52,747 nucleotides of DNA from a virus (Duplodnaviria; Caudoviricetes). The notes beneath the pieces are model-generated. The model had not been told where the DNA came from. It ran no database searches and saw nothing but the letters and a program-made list of their open reading frames with translations. Positions within the stretch are counted from its first letter, which is position 1. The number at the start of each line of letters is the position of its first letter. The stretch is from the IMG/VR virus record IMGVR_UViG_3300025892_001683, positions 1 to 52,747 of that record. One strand, 5' to 3'. Shown here piece by piece: positions 1-9,087 of the stretch. A program made the position numbers and the translations under genes.

Positions 1-175
1 AACTCACTGATGACGAGGTACTACCTGTGACAGTAAATCCTGCATCTTCTAATTCGCTTTTTAAATTACTATACTGACTACTGGTTGTGTTTGAGTTGTA
101 GTATATTAATGCATCGTTTGCAAATGCAACAGAACAAAAGAACAAACTAATTACGCTGAATAAGAGTAATTTCAT
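1..175 (-). CDS. Secreted protein, N-terminal part (runs off the window edge); probably next gene of the curli-like operon
   Basis: Translated by hand from ATG 175: MKLLLFSVISLFFCSVAFA-NDALIYYN...; signal peptide with AxA site; open to the window edge; overlaps the end of the FecR gene. Confidence 0.7.
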   Translation of the reverse strand, partial: MKLLLFSVISLFFCSVAFANDALIYYNSNTTSSQYSNLKSELEDAGFTVTGSTSSSVS

Positions 176-1265
176 TATTAATTGATCCTCCGTCCGGGTT
201 TATATCAAAGTCAGTAACCTCGTTGCTGCCTTGAAGGTGATTAAATCTGTATGTATAATCTTTGTTTAGTTTTATCTTAACGTAATTGCCTGCAGCGTCT
301 TCCCTAATATAGATGTATTGAGGATCTTGATCCAATACTGTAATGCCAGTAGTTTCATTAGTTCCTAAAAAACTTAGTCTTTCTGATGCTGCTAGTTCGT
401 CTGCCATTTGTCTAAGAATATTTGCTAACGATGCATCAAGTGCATCATACAAAAAGTTTTGTGAAAGTGGATCGTAATCTAATTCACTAGTCCAAGTTTC
501 TTCTGGTGTGGACAAGTAATCTTTTGATAGTTCTGCAAACTCTAAGAAATCTAATTTTAAAATATCTGCAATTGTTTTTACACGGTCTCTTTCTTCTTCT
601 GCTGTTATTTCTTTTGGTTTACGTATTATCAACAAATTGTTAATGTAATCTTCTGACAGATCAAGTAGAACAGGTTTTAAAGGTTGTGATTTTTCTGTTT
701 CAACAACAGTTGCCTGAAATGCTTTGTTAAGTATTACAGTTCCTATATCACTTGAAACTTCAATTTCTCCTACAACACACAATCGTTGACCCATTACCAT
801 TGTACAACTTGGTAACAGTATGATAGTAGAGCTTCCTGTTTCATCTACAGTTAATGAAAAGTCAGTACCACGAACACCAACTACTGCTGTGGGTGTTCTT
901 ATTTTTATATTTTGCCTAGAGTTTTTTGCAATCTGTCCGCTCGCATATCTTACTGTACCAAAACTTGCTTTTAGTGCAAGGGTACCAGTTGAAGTATCAG
1001 GATCGTAAACAAACTCATCAATAACAAGTTTGCTATTTTCTGTTACATCTACCCGAGTCTCATCAAGGAACTGTATTGCTGTCTTACCATTCTTGGTTAT
1101 TATACTGTCATAACTTTCAACATCAAAATCTTTCTCTATCTTTTCAAATCGAGGACCATCCTTACGTTGAATGTCTGTTTCTCCTTGCTGCTGTATCACA
1201 TCACCTATTTTAGCATATGATGGCGCGGCCAAGAATATGACAAGTAGTACAACCAATAAACGCAT
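147..1265 (-). CDS. FecR-domain secreted protein
   Basis: Signal peptide; FecR-like motifs (D-x-I-x-T, F-x-D-x-T-x-V, IRTPTAVVGVRGTDF, GEIEV). Confidence 0.8.
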   Translation of the reverse strand: MRLLVVLLVIFLAAPSYAKIGDVIQQQGETDIQRKDGPRFEKIEKDFDVESYDSIITKNGKTAIQFLDETRVDVTENSKLVIDEFVYDPDTSTGTLALKASFGTVRYASGQIAKNSRQNIKIRTPTAVVGVRGTDFSLTVDETGSSTIILLPSCTMVMGQRLCVVGEIEVSSDIGTVILNKAFQATVVETEKSQPLKPVLLDLSEDYINNLLIIRKPKEITAEEERDRVKTIADILKLDFLEFAELSKDYLSTPEETWTSELDYDPLSQNFLYDALDASLANILRQMADELAASERLSFLGTNETTGITVLDQDPQYIYIREDAAGNYVKIKLNKDYTYRFNHLQGSNEVTDFDINPDGGSINNEITLIQRN

Positions 1266-1990
1266 TAGTCTGTCTGGCTTATATCAACGTCAAAGTCATC
1301 ACCGGATATTGTCAGGTCAACGATGTTATCATTGATACCGCTTTGAGTTATATCAATTTTACCGCCTCCACCTGTTACACCAAGTGTGATTCCCATTCCT
1401 TGACTATCACCATTACCACTTTGCGTTGTTGTTATAGCAACACCTTCATCACTGTTATCACTGTTTATAGATGTTGATGCACTGTTGTCAACTGTTACAG
1501 TTAACGCTGCGCTCTGTCCGTCTACATCAGTATTAACGATGTTATTATCACCAGTTACAGTAAACGAAATAGTTGAACTATCAGCACTGGCACTTTCACC
1601 AATGTCAAAGTCGTATGTGTTATCGTCTCCGGTAGTAGTAATATTAAGTGTCACAGTATCACAGTTTCCTGTAGCAGAACTGGAACATAGCAGATCCACG
1701 GTATTTGAGTCACCCGTAAACTGCCAGGTGCCAGTATAAGTGTCACCCTTAATTATTGCAGCAATAGTGTTAGAACTACCTGTTTGCGTAATTGCAAAGT
1801 TCATAGTATCGCCTGCTAGTGTAACGTCAGTACTTGATGTACCGATTACGTTGTTTGCTCCGTCTTGTGTGATGTCTAAGTCCAACCCGTCGCCTGATTG
1901 TGTAATGTAAATGTCATTAGCAAACGAAGGTGTTAAGAATAGCAACATCGCAACAAGAAGGATATTTGATATTGAAAATGATTTATTCAT
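1265..1990 (-). CDS. Curlin-like (CsgA/CsgB-like) repeat protein
   Basis: Signal peptide; repeated I-x-Q-x-G-x-x-N units (ITQSGDG, ITQDGANN, ITQTGSSN, ITQSGIND); directly downstream of csgG. Confidence 0.7.
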   Translation of the reverse strand: MNKSFSISNILLVAMLLFLTPSFANDIYITQSGDGLDLDITQDGANNVIGTSSTDVTLAGDTMNFAITQTGSSNTIAAIIKGDTYTGTWQFTGDSNTVDLLCSSSATGNCDTVTLNITTTGDDNTYDFDIGESASADSSTISFTVTGDNNIVNTDVDGQSAALTVTVDNSASTSINSDNSDEGVAITTTQSGNGDSQGMGITLGVTGGGGKIDITQSGINDNIVDLTISGDDFDVDISQTD

Positions 1991-2843
1991 TATTCGCTCC
2001 TTCTTCCTTTATGGTTTTGTTATTATGGTCCTGCGGATGAGTTTGTATAAGTGTCGCCTTGCCTTTAAACTTCCACAGTTCTTTTACCTCTCCCTGGTGT
2101 ATTAACTCAACTACGGCTGCTTCGATTGCAGTTCTCACAGCATAATTGACAGGTTCATTCACAGCACTTCCGCTTTCTATCTCTAAAGCCTTAGTGCCAA
2201 GATCCAGGAACCTAAATACGTCTGCTCCAGACCTGTGACTAGCGATTCGCTTTTCGGTCGCTGTAGTAAGCAAAACTTCTCCTGTCTGCACACTTACGAT
2301 TCGCATTGCCACTGTTACTTGGTCTATACGGTATTGCATGTTAGCACCAATACCGAAATAACGAGCACCTATGCCCCCACTTTCGATATTGCTTTCATAA
2401 CCAACTACACCACCTTCTATCATTAGACCAGCAAACAATAATGGTTTTAATTTAATTGCCTCTTTGCCTTCATATACTTCCCTTGTACTTTTAATAAGTT
2501 GCCTTTCCTTGACGAGGTTATCAAGACCAATCCTCTCTACGACAGTGAACCAAGTGCTGTCGCCTACTTCCTTTAGTGCCTGTACTACCCATACTTCTGA
2601 GCCTTGTGTAATCGCAGAACTTAACTGCGAAAAATTTTGATTTGGTTTACGTTGCCCTGTCTTGTCCATAAAATTGTAAACTGCTATAGTAATCTTTGGA
2701 CCGTCTAACTTAGGAACTGTATCAAGAACGCTTTGAATTGGAGACCGTGAAACTTCTGGTGGTGTCCATTTCGCTTGATTCATAGATGTGGCGCACCCCG
2801 AGAGTACAATCGCCATTACTATCGCCATCACAGTCTTAAGCAC
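1983..2843 (-). CDS. csgG: Curli secretion channel CsgG (lipoprotein)
   Basis: Lipobox LSGC; AVYNFMDKTGQRK, WFTVVERIGLDNLVKERQLI and IEGGVVGYESN motifs typical of CsgG. Confidence 0.9.
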   Translation of the reverse strand: MLKTVMAIVMAIVLSGCATSMNQAKWTPPEVSRSPIQSVLDTVPKLDGPKITIAVYNFMDKTGQRKPNQNFSQLSSAITQGSEVWVVQALKEVGDSTWFTVVERIGLDNLVKERQLIKSTREVYEGKEAIKLKPLLFAGLMIEGGVVGYESNIESGGIGARYFGIGANMQYRIDQVTVAMRIVSVQTGEVLLTTATEKRIASHRSGADVFRFLDLGTKALEIESGSAVNEPVNYAVRTAIEAAVVELIHQGEVKELWKFKGKATLIQTHPQDHNNKTIKEEGANNE

Positions 2844-2852
2844 TAGTTCCTC

Positions 2853-3305
2853 CTAAAATCCAAATCCAGTTAGCGGAACAATTAGTTCTGTAAATGTTCC
2901 GTCTTCTTCTGTGATTTGCACAGTTATGGTGCCTGCTGTTTCGTCCTTTATCCAGTATATTGTCGCGCCTTCGATTTCAGCAGTGCCTGTTAATGCACCG
3001 TTCTCTTCGAACATACCGTCAACTAAATTCTTTGAAATTTGTGCGTAAATTCTAGATTCTACGTTGTTCAAGAATTTTGCCAATGTGGTATTTGCTGCTT
3101 CTCTCGCAGCAGCACGTTCTTTAGCCTCAGCCTCGTCTTTTAATGCTGCTTTTCTGTTGGCTTGCAATTGCTCTATTGCCAACACGTGGTTAGAATATCC
3201 TTGTCCACTAAATGAGGGATTTTTAAAGTTGAATGTCATACTATCAGCCACTGCTGTAGAAGCAGTCAGTGTCAGTATTAAAGTTGTTACCCAAATTTTG
3301 TTCAT
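2853..3305 (-). CDS. csgF: Curli assembly protein CsgF
   Basis: Signal peptide followed by FNFKNPSFSG (CsgF NPxFGG-like motif); adjacent to csgG. Confidence 0.8.
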   Translation of the reverse strand: MNKIWVTTLILTLTASTAVADSMTFNFKNPSFSGQGYSNHVLAIEQLQANRKAALKDEAEAKERAAAREAANTTLAKFLNNVESRIYAQISKNLVDGMFEENGALTGTAEIEGATIYWIKDETAGTITVQITEEDGTFTELIVPLTGFGF

Positions 3306-3342
3306 TCCGATTTCGCTCCCGGAGTAATGATTATTCCAATAG

Positions 3343-3349
3343 TATTTAT
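3343..3349 (-). promoter_or_regulatory. T4-type late promoter upstream of the curli-like operon
   Basis: ATAAATA on the minus strand. The same motif lies ahead of genes at 4425, 6518, 10960, 16779, 27108, 28851, 32527, 35105 and 43534. Confidence 0.65.
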
Positions 3350-3405
3350 TACTAAATGTATGATTTAGTGTGAGTAGTTAATATGTGCGTAGTTTAGTAA
3401 AGGAC

Positions 3406-4416
3406 TTATCTTATATACAGTTGGGGCATGTTCTCTCTTAATTGCTGCCCTTTGTATATAACTTGTGCTGATGAAATCTTAGCAGAATCAATTAACTGTT
3501 CTGCTTTAACAGCATAGGTGTAATGCGTTTGTCCTACAAGTAATAAACCTTTGAATCCGCTATCTGCTTGGTATGCATTAAAACACACCTTATTCCATTC
3601 TCTACGAAACTCTGGGTTTCCTATTTCTAAATTACCAGCAATGCTTGCAATATCGTAATCTTTTATAATAGCGTTTAATATTTCTTCTTTAGGAAAATCT
3701 TCAGGAACTGCTTGACTAAGTTTTGTAGCAGATAATCCAACAGGCATTTTTACTCCTGCTGCTGCTTTTATCTCTTTATAAGCGTTCCATGCTTCAAGTG
3801 AATTAGTTAATGACTTGTTAATAGTAGTCCAAGGACCTAGTCTTCCTTCATTACCTTTTACCTCTACCTTACCTACGCCGTCTATAGAGATATCACCACC
3901 TTGTTCATCTACATCAGCATCAGAAGCATATGTTATCTTAGTTGAAAGGATAGCAAGTGCTGCTTCACCTGGTCCAGCATCTGACTTGCCAAACTTCATA
4001 CTTTGCATTTTACGGAACAGTTCTTTAGGAATACCTTCATCAACTACACTTTCAAGCGGAGCAATATCTGTCATTCCGGTGGGTGGGCATAGTTCTTTTA
4101 CATCAACGTAATCCATACCTGCTTGTAATTTATTTACAAATTCATTAACTTGATTAGTATCACCTAGTGTTGGAATTGTTTTTATGCACCATGCCATTAC
4201 TTCAGCAGTTACATCAGGATCTTTTGAACCTTCTAAGTATCCTTTAATCCTTTGTGCTACTGGACTGTTATCGTCAGTTTTTACACCACCGCCAGCAATA
4301 AGCATATATGCTTTGTCTAACGTAGGATCATCCGCTCTCATTTTTTCAAACTTGCGGATAATATGCGCCTTTTTCTGCGCATCACTTTGGAATTTTTTAA
4401 ACTCGAAGAATCTCAT
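3406..4416 (-). CDS. Hypothetical protein, probable PD-(D/E)xK nuclease-like fold, possibly virion-packaged
   Basis: GPGE...GDISIDG..KVEVK resembles the E..D..ExK catalytic pattern; N-terminus MRFFEF; late promoter upstream. Confidence 0.5.
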   Translation of the reverse strand: MRFFEFKKFQSDAQKKAHIIRKFEKMRADDPTLDKAYMLIAGGGVKTDDNSPVAQRIKGYLEGSKDPDVTAEVMAWCIKTIPTLGDTNQVNEFVNKLQAGMDYVDVKELCPPTGMTDIAPLESVVDEGIPKELFRKMQSMKFGKSDAGPGEAALAILSTKITYASDADVDEQGGDISIDGVGKVEVKGNEGRLGPWTTINKSLTNSLEAWNAYKEIKAAAGVKMPVGLSATKLSQAVPEDFPKEEILNAIIKDYDIASIAGNLEIGNPEFRREWNKVCFNAYQADSGFKGLLLVGQTHYTYAVKAEQLIDSAKISSAQVIYKGQQLRENMPQLYIR

Positions 4417-4427
4417 AACACAAGTAT

Positions 4428-5123
4428 TTATGTCAGTTTAGGAAAGAGCATGTCAGTGCAAAACTTGTCTACGTCCGCTTCATCTAAGCCTAAAGACTTC
4501 ATTGTGCGTGGTGTATGTGGGTTCTGTTGCTGATTGTGGCAGTAGTAGTTCTGCGCTTCTGCTGTTTTTTCAGGATCAGCAGTTCCTGTAAATTCGCCTA
4601 TTTCTGCAAAGTATGCACGTAGATTATCAAGTGCAAGTTGAATGATAACAGTTGCTTCTTCTTCTCTTACATTACTTGCTGCAATCATGCTTGGAGTAAA
4701 GATGTTTGTTGCCCACTCTGGTAATGCACGCCTCTTCTCTGGTACAAAGTCTTGTACTGCTTCCATATAGCCGTTAATCATAGGATGGTTAACACCGCCA
4801 CTACTACGACTGAAGTCATGGAATGCACCTGTCATTTTCTTCTTACCTGATATAACATCAAACCCATATATAGGTCCATCATTGCTTAATACAGGAAATA
4901 CACAAACATGCATCATCCACAGGCCTTTTGTTTCACGTGCATCAACTACATCAATATGAGCTCTACGAACATGTTCGTTTTGCCATACTCTATTGATCCA
5001 TAGTTCGTTGTTAAAGTGTGCTAGTCCTGGTTCATCATATTCTGTGCCGTTAGCATCAAAGATATTAAGAATCTCTTGTTTGCACTCAATGAGTTTATCC
5101 CATATTATACTACTTTGGGACAT
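4428..5123 (-). CDS. pcyX: Ferredoxin-dependent bilin reductase, PcyX type
   Basis: RRAHIDVVD, MMHVCVFP, PIYGFDVI, GAFHDFS, LPEWA.IF and YCHNQQQNPHT motifs; coupled to a heme oxygenase. Confidence 0.85.
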   Translation of the reverse strand: MSQSSIIWDKLIECKQEILNIFDANGTEYDEPGLAHFNNELWINRVWQNEHVRRAHIDVVDARETKGLWMMHVCVFPVLSNDGPIYGFDVISGKKKMTGAFHDFSRSSGGVNHPMINGYMEAVQDFVPEKRRALPEWATNIFTPSMIAASNVREEEATVIIQLALDNLRAYFAEIGEFTGTADPEKTAEAQNYYCHNQQQNPHTPRTMKSLGLDEADVDKFCTDMLFPKLT

Positions 5124-5658
5124 ATTGCATCATGTCTTTGAATAGTTCAGTTGCATAATCAAAACATATTTTTGCTTCGTCTGCCATACTGTCATTTGTT
5201 TTTGCTCTAATAGACTCTTTAGTTTCTTTTATATCACCTTCAAAGTCATAAAACGTTCCTTTACCTGGAATACGTTTTTTAATCATTTGTCCACCACTTA
5301 GGTCTCCCATATGTCTTACATATACATGTGCCATAAGTTTATCAGCATCGTTCATAATTGTTTTCATATGAGCAAGATATTTTTTAGTTGCCATTGTGTG
5401 TTCTGGTGGTTTCTCATCTTGTGGCCAAAGTTCTCTAAAATCTGCTAGTATTGATTTAGATCTCATTATGTGTGGAAAGTCATCTAATAGACCTTGCGCT
5501 CTTGCCATAACTTCTAAAACTTCATAACACGGAAATTGATTCCAAAGATATGTTGCATACAGTTTAGGATCAATTGATCCGCCCATTAAGTGTTTTACAA
5601 ATTGTTGTCTTTCTGCGTTCTTATGGTGTTCCCATGTTAATTCTTTAAGGTTGTTCAT
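5110..5658 (-). CDS. hemO: Heme oxygenase
   Basis: LKELTWEHHKNAE (proximal His) and AHVYVRHMGDLSGGQMI distal helix. Confidence 0.92.
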   Translation of the reverse strand: MNNLKELTWEHHKNAERQQFVKHLMGGSIDPKLYATYLWNQFPCYEVLEVMARAQGLLDDFPHIMRSKSILADFRELWPQDEKPPEHTMATKKYLAHMKTIMNDADKLMAHVYVRHMGDLSGGQMIKKRIPGKGTFYDFEGDIKETKESIRAKTNDSMADEAKICFDYATELFKDMMQYVPK

Positions 5659-5963
5659 TCTTCCTCGATCCTAATTTTTAGTGGAGATCCATTTTTCCTA
5701 GCATAGGATGTAGATTCTATTGCAAGGTGTTCTGCTAATTCATGAGAATAAATTCCTGCAATACCACTGCCGGTATTATGTATTTCCATTGTTACTTTTT
5801 TTGCTGATTCTTCAGTATGTTTAAAAAATGCCTTTAAGATATCTATCACAAGATCCATAGGAGTTACGTCATCATTTAGTAACAGCACTTTCCACAACCC
5901 CGGAGGCTGGACGTCTATTTTAACTTGTTCATCGATTATTATATCTTCTTTAACGTCCGTCAT
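5655..5963 (-). CDS. clpS: Clp protease adaptor ClpS
   Basis: KVLLLNDDVTPMDLV...MEIHNTGSGIAGIY...PLK. Confidence 0.92.
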   Translation of the reverse strand: MTDVKEDIIIDEQVKIDVQPPGLWKVLLLNDDVTPMDLVIDILKAFFKHTEESAKKVTMEIHNTGSGIAGIYSHELAEHLAIESTSYARKNGSPLKIRIEEE

Positions 5964-5979
5964 ATTTTAACCTATAAAT

Positions 5980-6003
5980 TGTGAGGGAGTTGCCTCCCTC
6001 ACA
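5980..6003 (-). terminator. GC-rich hairpin between hsp20 and clpS (terminator or stabiliser)
   Basis: TGTGAGGGAG-GCAA-CTCCCTCACA perfect stem; U-tract is weak. Confidence 0.6.
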
Positions 6004-6014
6004 TTGTTCTACAG

Positions 6015-6458
6015 TTACTTAACTTCGATACTTCTTGCTTTCTTAGATTCTGGAATAATTCTTTCCAAAGAAATTCTAAGTAAACCATCTTTAAGTTCAG
6101 CACCTTTTACTTCTATTTCATCTGCAATAGTAAAGGCTTTTGTAAAGTGTCTTTTACTTATACCTTTGTAAAGCACACCGTCCCCGTCATCTGCATTAGT
6201 TTCGTGAATAGATTTGATAGTAATTACACTATCTTTGTATTCTACGTTAATATCTTTTTTACTAAATCCAGCCAACGCCACTTCAATATCATAAGTGTAT
6301 TCACCTGTCTTATTGATATTGTATGGTGGGTAGTTACTGCTTGAACTGTTCATAAAGAACTCGTCATTGAACATACTTTCAAAGCGTTCAAACATAGGAT
6401 CAAATCCTACAGTTACTGGTCTTAGTTGATTAAAGATAGATAGATTTTTGCTTGTCAT
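6015..6458 (-). CDS. Small heat-shock protein (Hsp20/IbpA family)
   Basis: NYPPYNI, IEVALAGF, YKGIS.R.F and A.LKDGLL.I.L motifs; start moved to ATG 6458 because of the AAGGAG SD. Confidence 0.93.
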   Translation of the reverse strand: MTSKNLSIFNQLRPVTVGFDPMFERFESMFNDEFFMNSSSSNYPPYNINKTGEYTYDIEVALAGFSKKDINVEYKDSVITIKSIHETNADDGDGVLYKGISKRHFTKAFTIADEIEVKGAELKDGLLRISLERIIPESKKARSIEVK

Positions 6459-6515
6459 AGTTTTCTCCTTATTAAGCAAGTTAATTTGAACAAACCCTGT
6501 TGGCGTTTGCTCAAA
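6459..6515 (-). promoter_or_regulatory. ROSE-like RNA thermometer in the hsp20 5' UTR
   Basis: 11-bp hairpin (6515-6485), then CUUGCUU-AAU-AAGGAG pairing the SD with a bulged G. Confidence 0.65.
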
Positions 6516-6582
6516 AGTATTTATCATACTCATATATTATATATGTATGAAACGATAAATTTCAAGTTTAAATCTTTCCAAA

Positions 6583-7695
6583 CTACGCATTAAATTGATT
6601 AAACACTTGATTTACCTGTTGTGTACATCTTACGAATGTTGTACACTTAGGCATATCTTTAATGCGTTTTGCACCAATGTATGTGCAAGTGGATCTTAGT
6701 CCACCTAGTATTTCTGTTAGTGTACCTTCTACTTCTCCTTTGTAAGGAATAGAAACAAGTTTACCTTCTGCTCCACGGTATCCATCTTTACGTGTACCAT
6801 GTGTTGCCATTGCCGCATCTGAACTCATTCCGTAGAACTCAACAAAGTTTTGTTCTTCAAAACGTGGAACATAAGTTCCGTTGTCTAACTTGTGAGCACC
6901 ACCTGTTGCAGTATGTTTTGTAATAATGTTACCGCCACCTTCTTTGTGTCCTGCTAACATACCGCCTAGCATTGTAAAGTGAGCACCTGCTCCAAAGGCT
7001 TTACTTACATCTCCTGGATACACACAACCGCCATCAGCAATAATGTGTCCACCAATACCGTTGGCCGCATCAGCACATTCAATAATGCCTGATAGTTGAG
7101 GTACACCAACACCTGTCATTAATCTTGTAGTACATACTGATCCTGGACCAATACCACACTTAACAATGTCAGCACCTTTGATAATAAGTTCTTCTGTCAT
7201 CTCTGCTGAAATAACATTACCAGCAATAATAGTTTTGTCTGGGTATGCATCTCTAACTCTTGAAATAAAGTCTGCATAGTTTTCATGATAAGCATTTGCA
7301 ACATCAATAGTAATAAACTTAATGTCTGGATACATCGCTAGTACTGCTTTCATAGTAGCATAGTCTTTTGCATCTTTATCCCAAATAACTCCTGTACCTG
7401 TACAAACACTTAGGTACTTCATCTTTACACCTTGACTTTGTTCTTTCCAGTCATCAACGGAGTAGTGCTTTCTCATTACAGTAATCATCTTATGTTCTTG
7501 TAATACTTTAGCCATTTCAAATGTACCAACACCGTCCATGTTACTTGACATAATAGGTACACCTGTCCATTCGTTACCGTAATGAAATTTGAATGTACGA
7601 GTCAAGTCAACATCACGTCTACTTTCTAATTTAGAACGCTTCGGCTTAAACAATACATCCTTGTAGTCTAGTTTAATATCTTGTTCGATTCTCAT
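6583..7695 (-). CDS. guaC: GMP reductase
   Basis: MRIEQDIKLDYKDVLFKPKRS, SNMDGVG, GIGPGSVCTTR, IADGGC, FYGMSS, YRGAEGK. Confidence 0.93.
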   Translation of the reverse strand: MRIEQDIKLDYKDVLFKPKRSKLESRRDVDLTRTFKFHYGNEWTGVPIMSSNMDGVGTFEMAKVLQEHKMITVMRKHYSVDDWKEQSQGVKMKYLSVCTGTGVIWDKDAKDYATMKAVLAMYPDIKFITIDVANAYHENYADFISRVRDAYPDKTIIAGNVISAEMTEELIIKGADIVKCGIGPGSVCTTRLMTGVGVPQLSGIIECADAANGIGGHIIADGGCVYPGDVSKAFGAGAHFTMLGGMLAGHKEGGGNIITKHTATGGAHKLDNGTYVPRFEEQNFVEFYGMSSDAAMATHGTRKDGYRGAEGKLVSIPYKGEVEGTLTEILGGLRSTCTYIGAKRIKDMPKCTTFVRCTQQVNQVFNQFNA

Positions 7696-7697
7696 TA

Positions 7698-8279
7698 TTA
7701 CCTCGTTTTTGCATATGGCTGGATATAATCACCATTTAGTTTAGAACTTGTTCTAAGTGTTCGTAGAACATTCTGCACACCTACTGCTTGATTCCAAGCG
7801 TCTTCCAGTGCATGGTGTGCAAGCACAGGAGGTCTTTCAGGATTGATACCTATATCAAATAGAGTTCTTGTGCATCTTACCTGCCAAAAATTCCAAGGAA
7901 CCATCTTTTCTAATTTTGCAAATACATTTTCGCAGATTATTATATCAAAGGCTGCACCGTGGCTCCAAACTCTTTGTGCGCCCCAACAAAACTTGTACAG
8001 TTTATCAAAAGCATCTCTAATGTGTATACGACCTTCAGTACTAAATGCTTCATCTTGTGCTGCTTTACTTTGTTCACCCCACCAAGCAATAGTCGCCGAG
8101 CTAGTTGAAAGTCCTAGTTCATTACAACTATCTACATCTACTTTGAGATATAATTTTTCACAGTTCTTAGTATTAAGGTCATCCCCGAAAGGATCAAATT
8201 TAATTACCCCTATAGTTAGGATGGTAGCATTTGGAGTAGTATCTAGAGTTTCTAGATCTATCATGATATCTGTATTCAT
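7698..8279 (-). CDS. 3'-5' exonuclease (DEDDh, DexA-like)
   Basis: IMIDLETL, WSHGAAFD and HHALEDA motifs. Confidence 0.85.
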   Translation of the reverse strand: MNTDIMIDLETLDTTPNATILTIGVIKFDPFGDDLNTKNCEKLYLKVDVDSCNELGLSTSSATIAWWGEQSKAAQDEAFSTEGRIHIRDAFDKLYKFCWGAQRVWSHGAAFDIIICENVFAKLEKMVPWNFWQVRCTRTLFDIGINPERPPVLAHHALEDAWNQAVGVQNVLRTLRTSSKLNGDYIQPYAKTR

Positions 8280-8308
8280 ACGTGTTTGCCTTTCGAGTGT
8301 ATTAATTT

Positions 8309-8337
8309 ATTATAACAGTAATTGCCTAAAATGTCAA
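8309..8337 (-). promoter_or_regulatory. Sigma70-type early promoter
   Basis: TTGACA-N17-TATAAT perfect consensus. Confidence 0.8.
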
Positions 8338-8341
8338 GCGA

Positions 8342-8647
8342 TTAAATTTTAGCCGCTTCTTTTTGTTTCTTCTTCCATCTTGCGATCCCAGCCTTTTTTG
8401 CTGTTCTTCTTTTTTCGCTTGGCTTTTGATAGTATTGCCTATCTCTTAATTCTTTAAATAAACCTGCTCTCTCAATTTTCTTTTTTAATTTTCTAAGAGC
8501 TTTGTTTATGTCTTCGCCTTCACGAACAAAAACTTGTAACCCACCTGGAGCAGGATTGCTATTGTTGTCTCTATCTCTATTTGGTTTTTTATAATTAGAA
8601 AAACTACTATAGTTGTTTTTCCCTTTGTTTCTATTATATCCTTGCAT
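8342..8647 (-). CDS. rpsU: Ribosomal protein bS21 with N/R-rich N-terminal extension
   Basis: VFVREGEDINKALRKLKKKIE...ELRDRQYYQKPSEKRR. Confidence 0.9.
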   Translation of the reverse strand: MQGYNRNKGKNNYSSFSNYKKPNRDRDNNSNPAPGGLQVFVREGEDINKALRKLKKKIERAGLFKELRDRQYYQKPSEKRRTAKKAGIARWKKKQKEAAKI

Positions 8648-8648
8648 A

Positions 8649-9023
8649 TTAAGTTATGTGATCCCCTATTATAGTTGTTAGTTGTTCTTCGGTATCAATT
8701 CTATTATTATTGACACCTTCTAATGTTCGCAGTTGTCCAAAATAATATGAATTTGATTGTGCTGTTAAATATCCTATCATAGTTTGATCATCTGCTTCTG
8801 CATTAAATATTATTATACTACATTTTAATTTTTTGTCAAGTGCCCATTCACTATCATTTTGTCCATTACTAACATATATAATGGTAGGTTTACATTCTTT
8901 TAATTGATAAATGACAGATGAAATCAAAAGAGTTTGTTCTTTCGTACATCCGTATACTAAAATTCTAACACCGTCTTGGGCAATATCATCCGGTGGTGTT
9001 ATTATTGTGATTCTATTTTTCAC
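8649..9023 (-). CDS. Hypothetical protein
   Basis: ORF track; GTG 9023 preferred as start (AAAGG upstream; overlaps the TGA of the -1 frame of the upstream gene). Confidence 0.65.
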   Translation of the reverse strand: MKNRITIITPPDDIAQDGVRILVYGCTKEQTLLISSVIYQLKECKPTIIYVSNGQNDSEWALDKKLKCSIIIFNAEADDQTMIGYLTAQSNSYYFGQLRTLEGVNNNRIDTEEQLTTIIGDHIT

Positions 9024-9087
9024 ATTTGCCTTTCTTTGAGTCTTTTCCAAACTGTACTTTCGCCTTGTTCTGCATTTTGTATATAGC

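Noticed and set aside
4428-5658. Cyanophage ho1-pcyA/pebS cassette implying a cyanobacterial host
   Set aside because: No photosynthesis genes are present; ALA synthase and the alpha-type tmRNA point to Alphaproteobacteria; the motifs fit PcyX
6459-6533. N-terminal extension of Hsp20 given by the ORF track
   Set aside because: The upstream ATGs lie before or within the late promoter, and the strong SD marks ATG 6458
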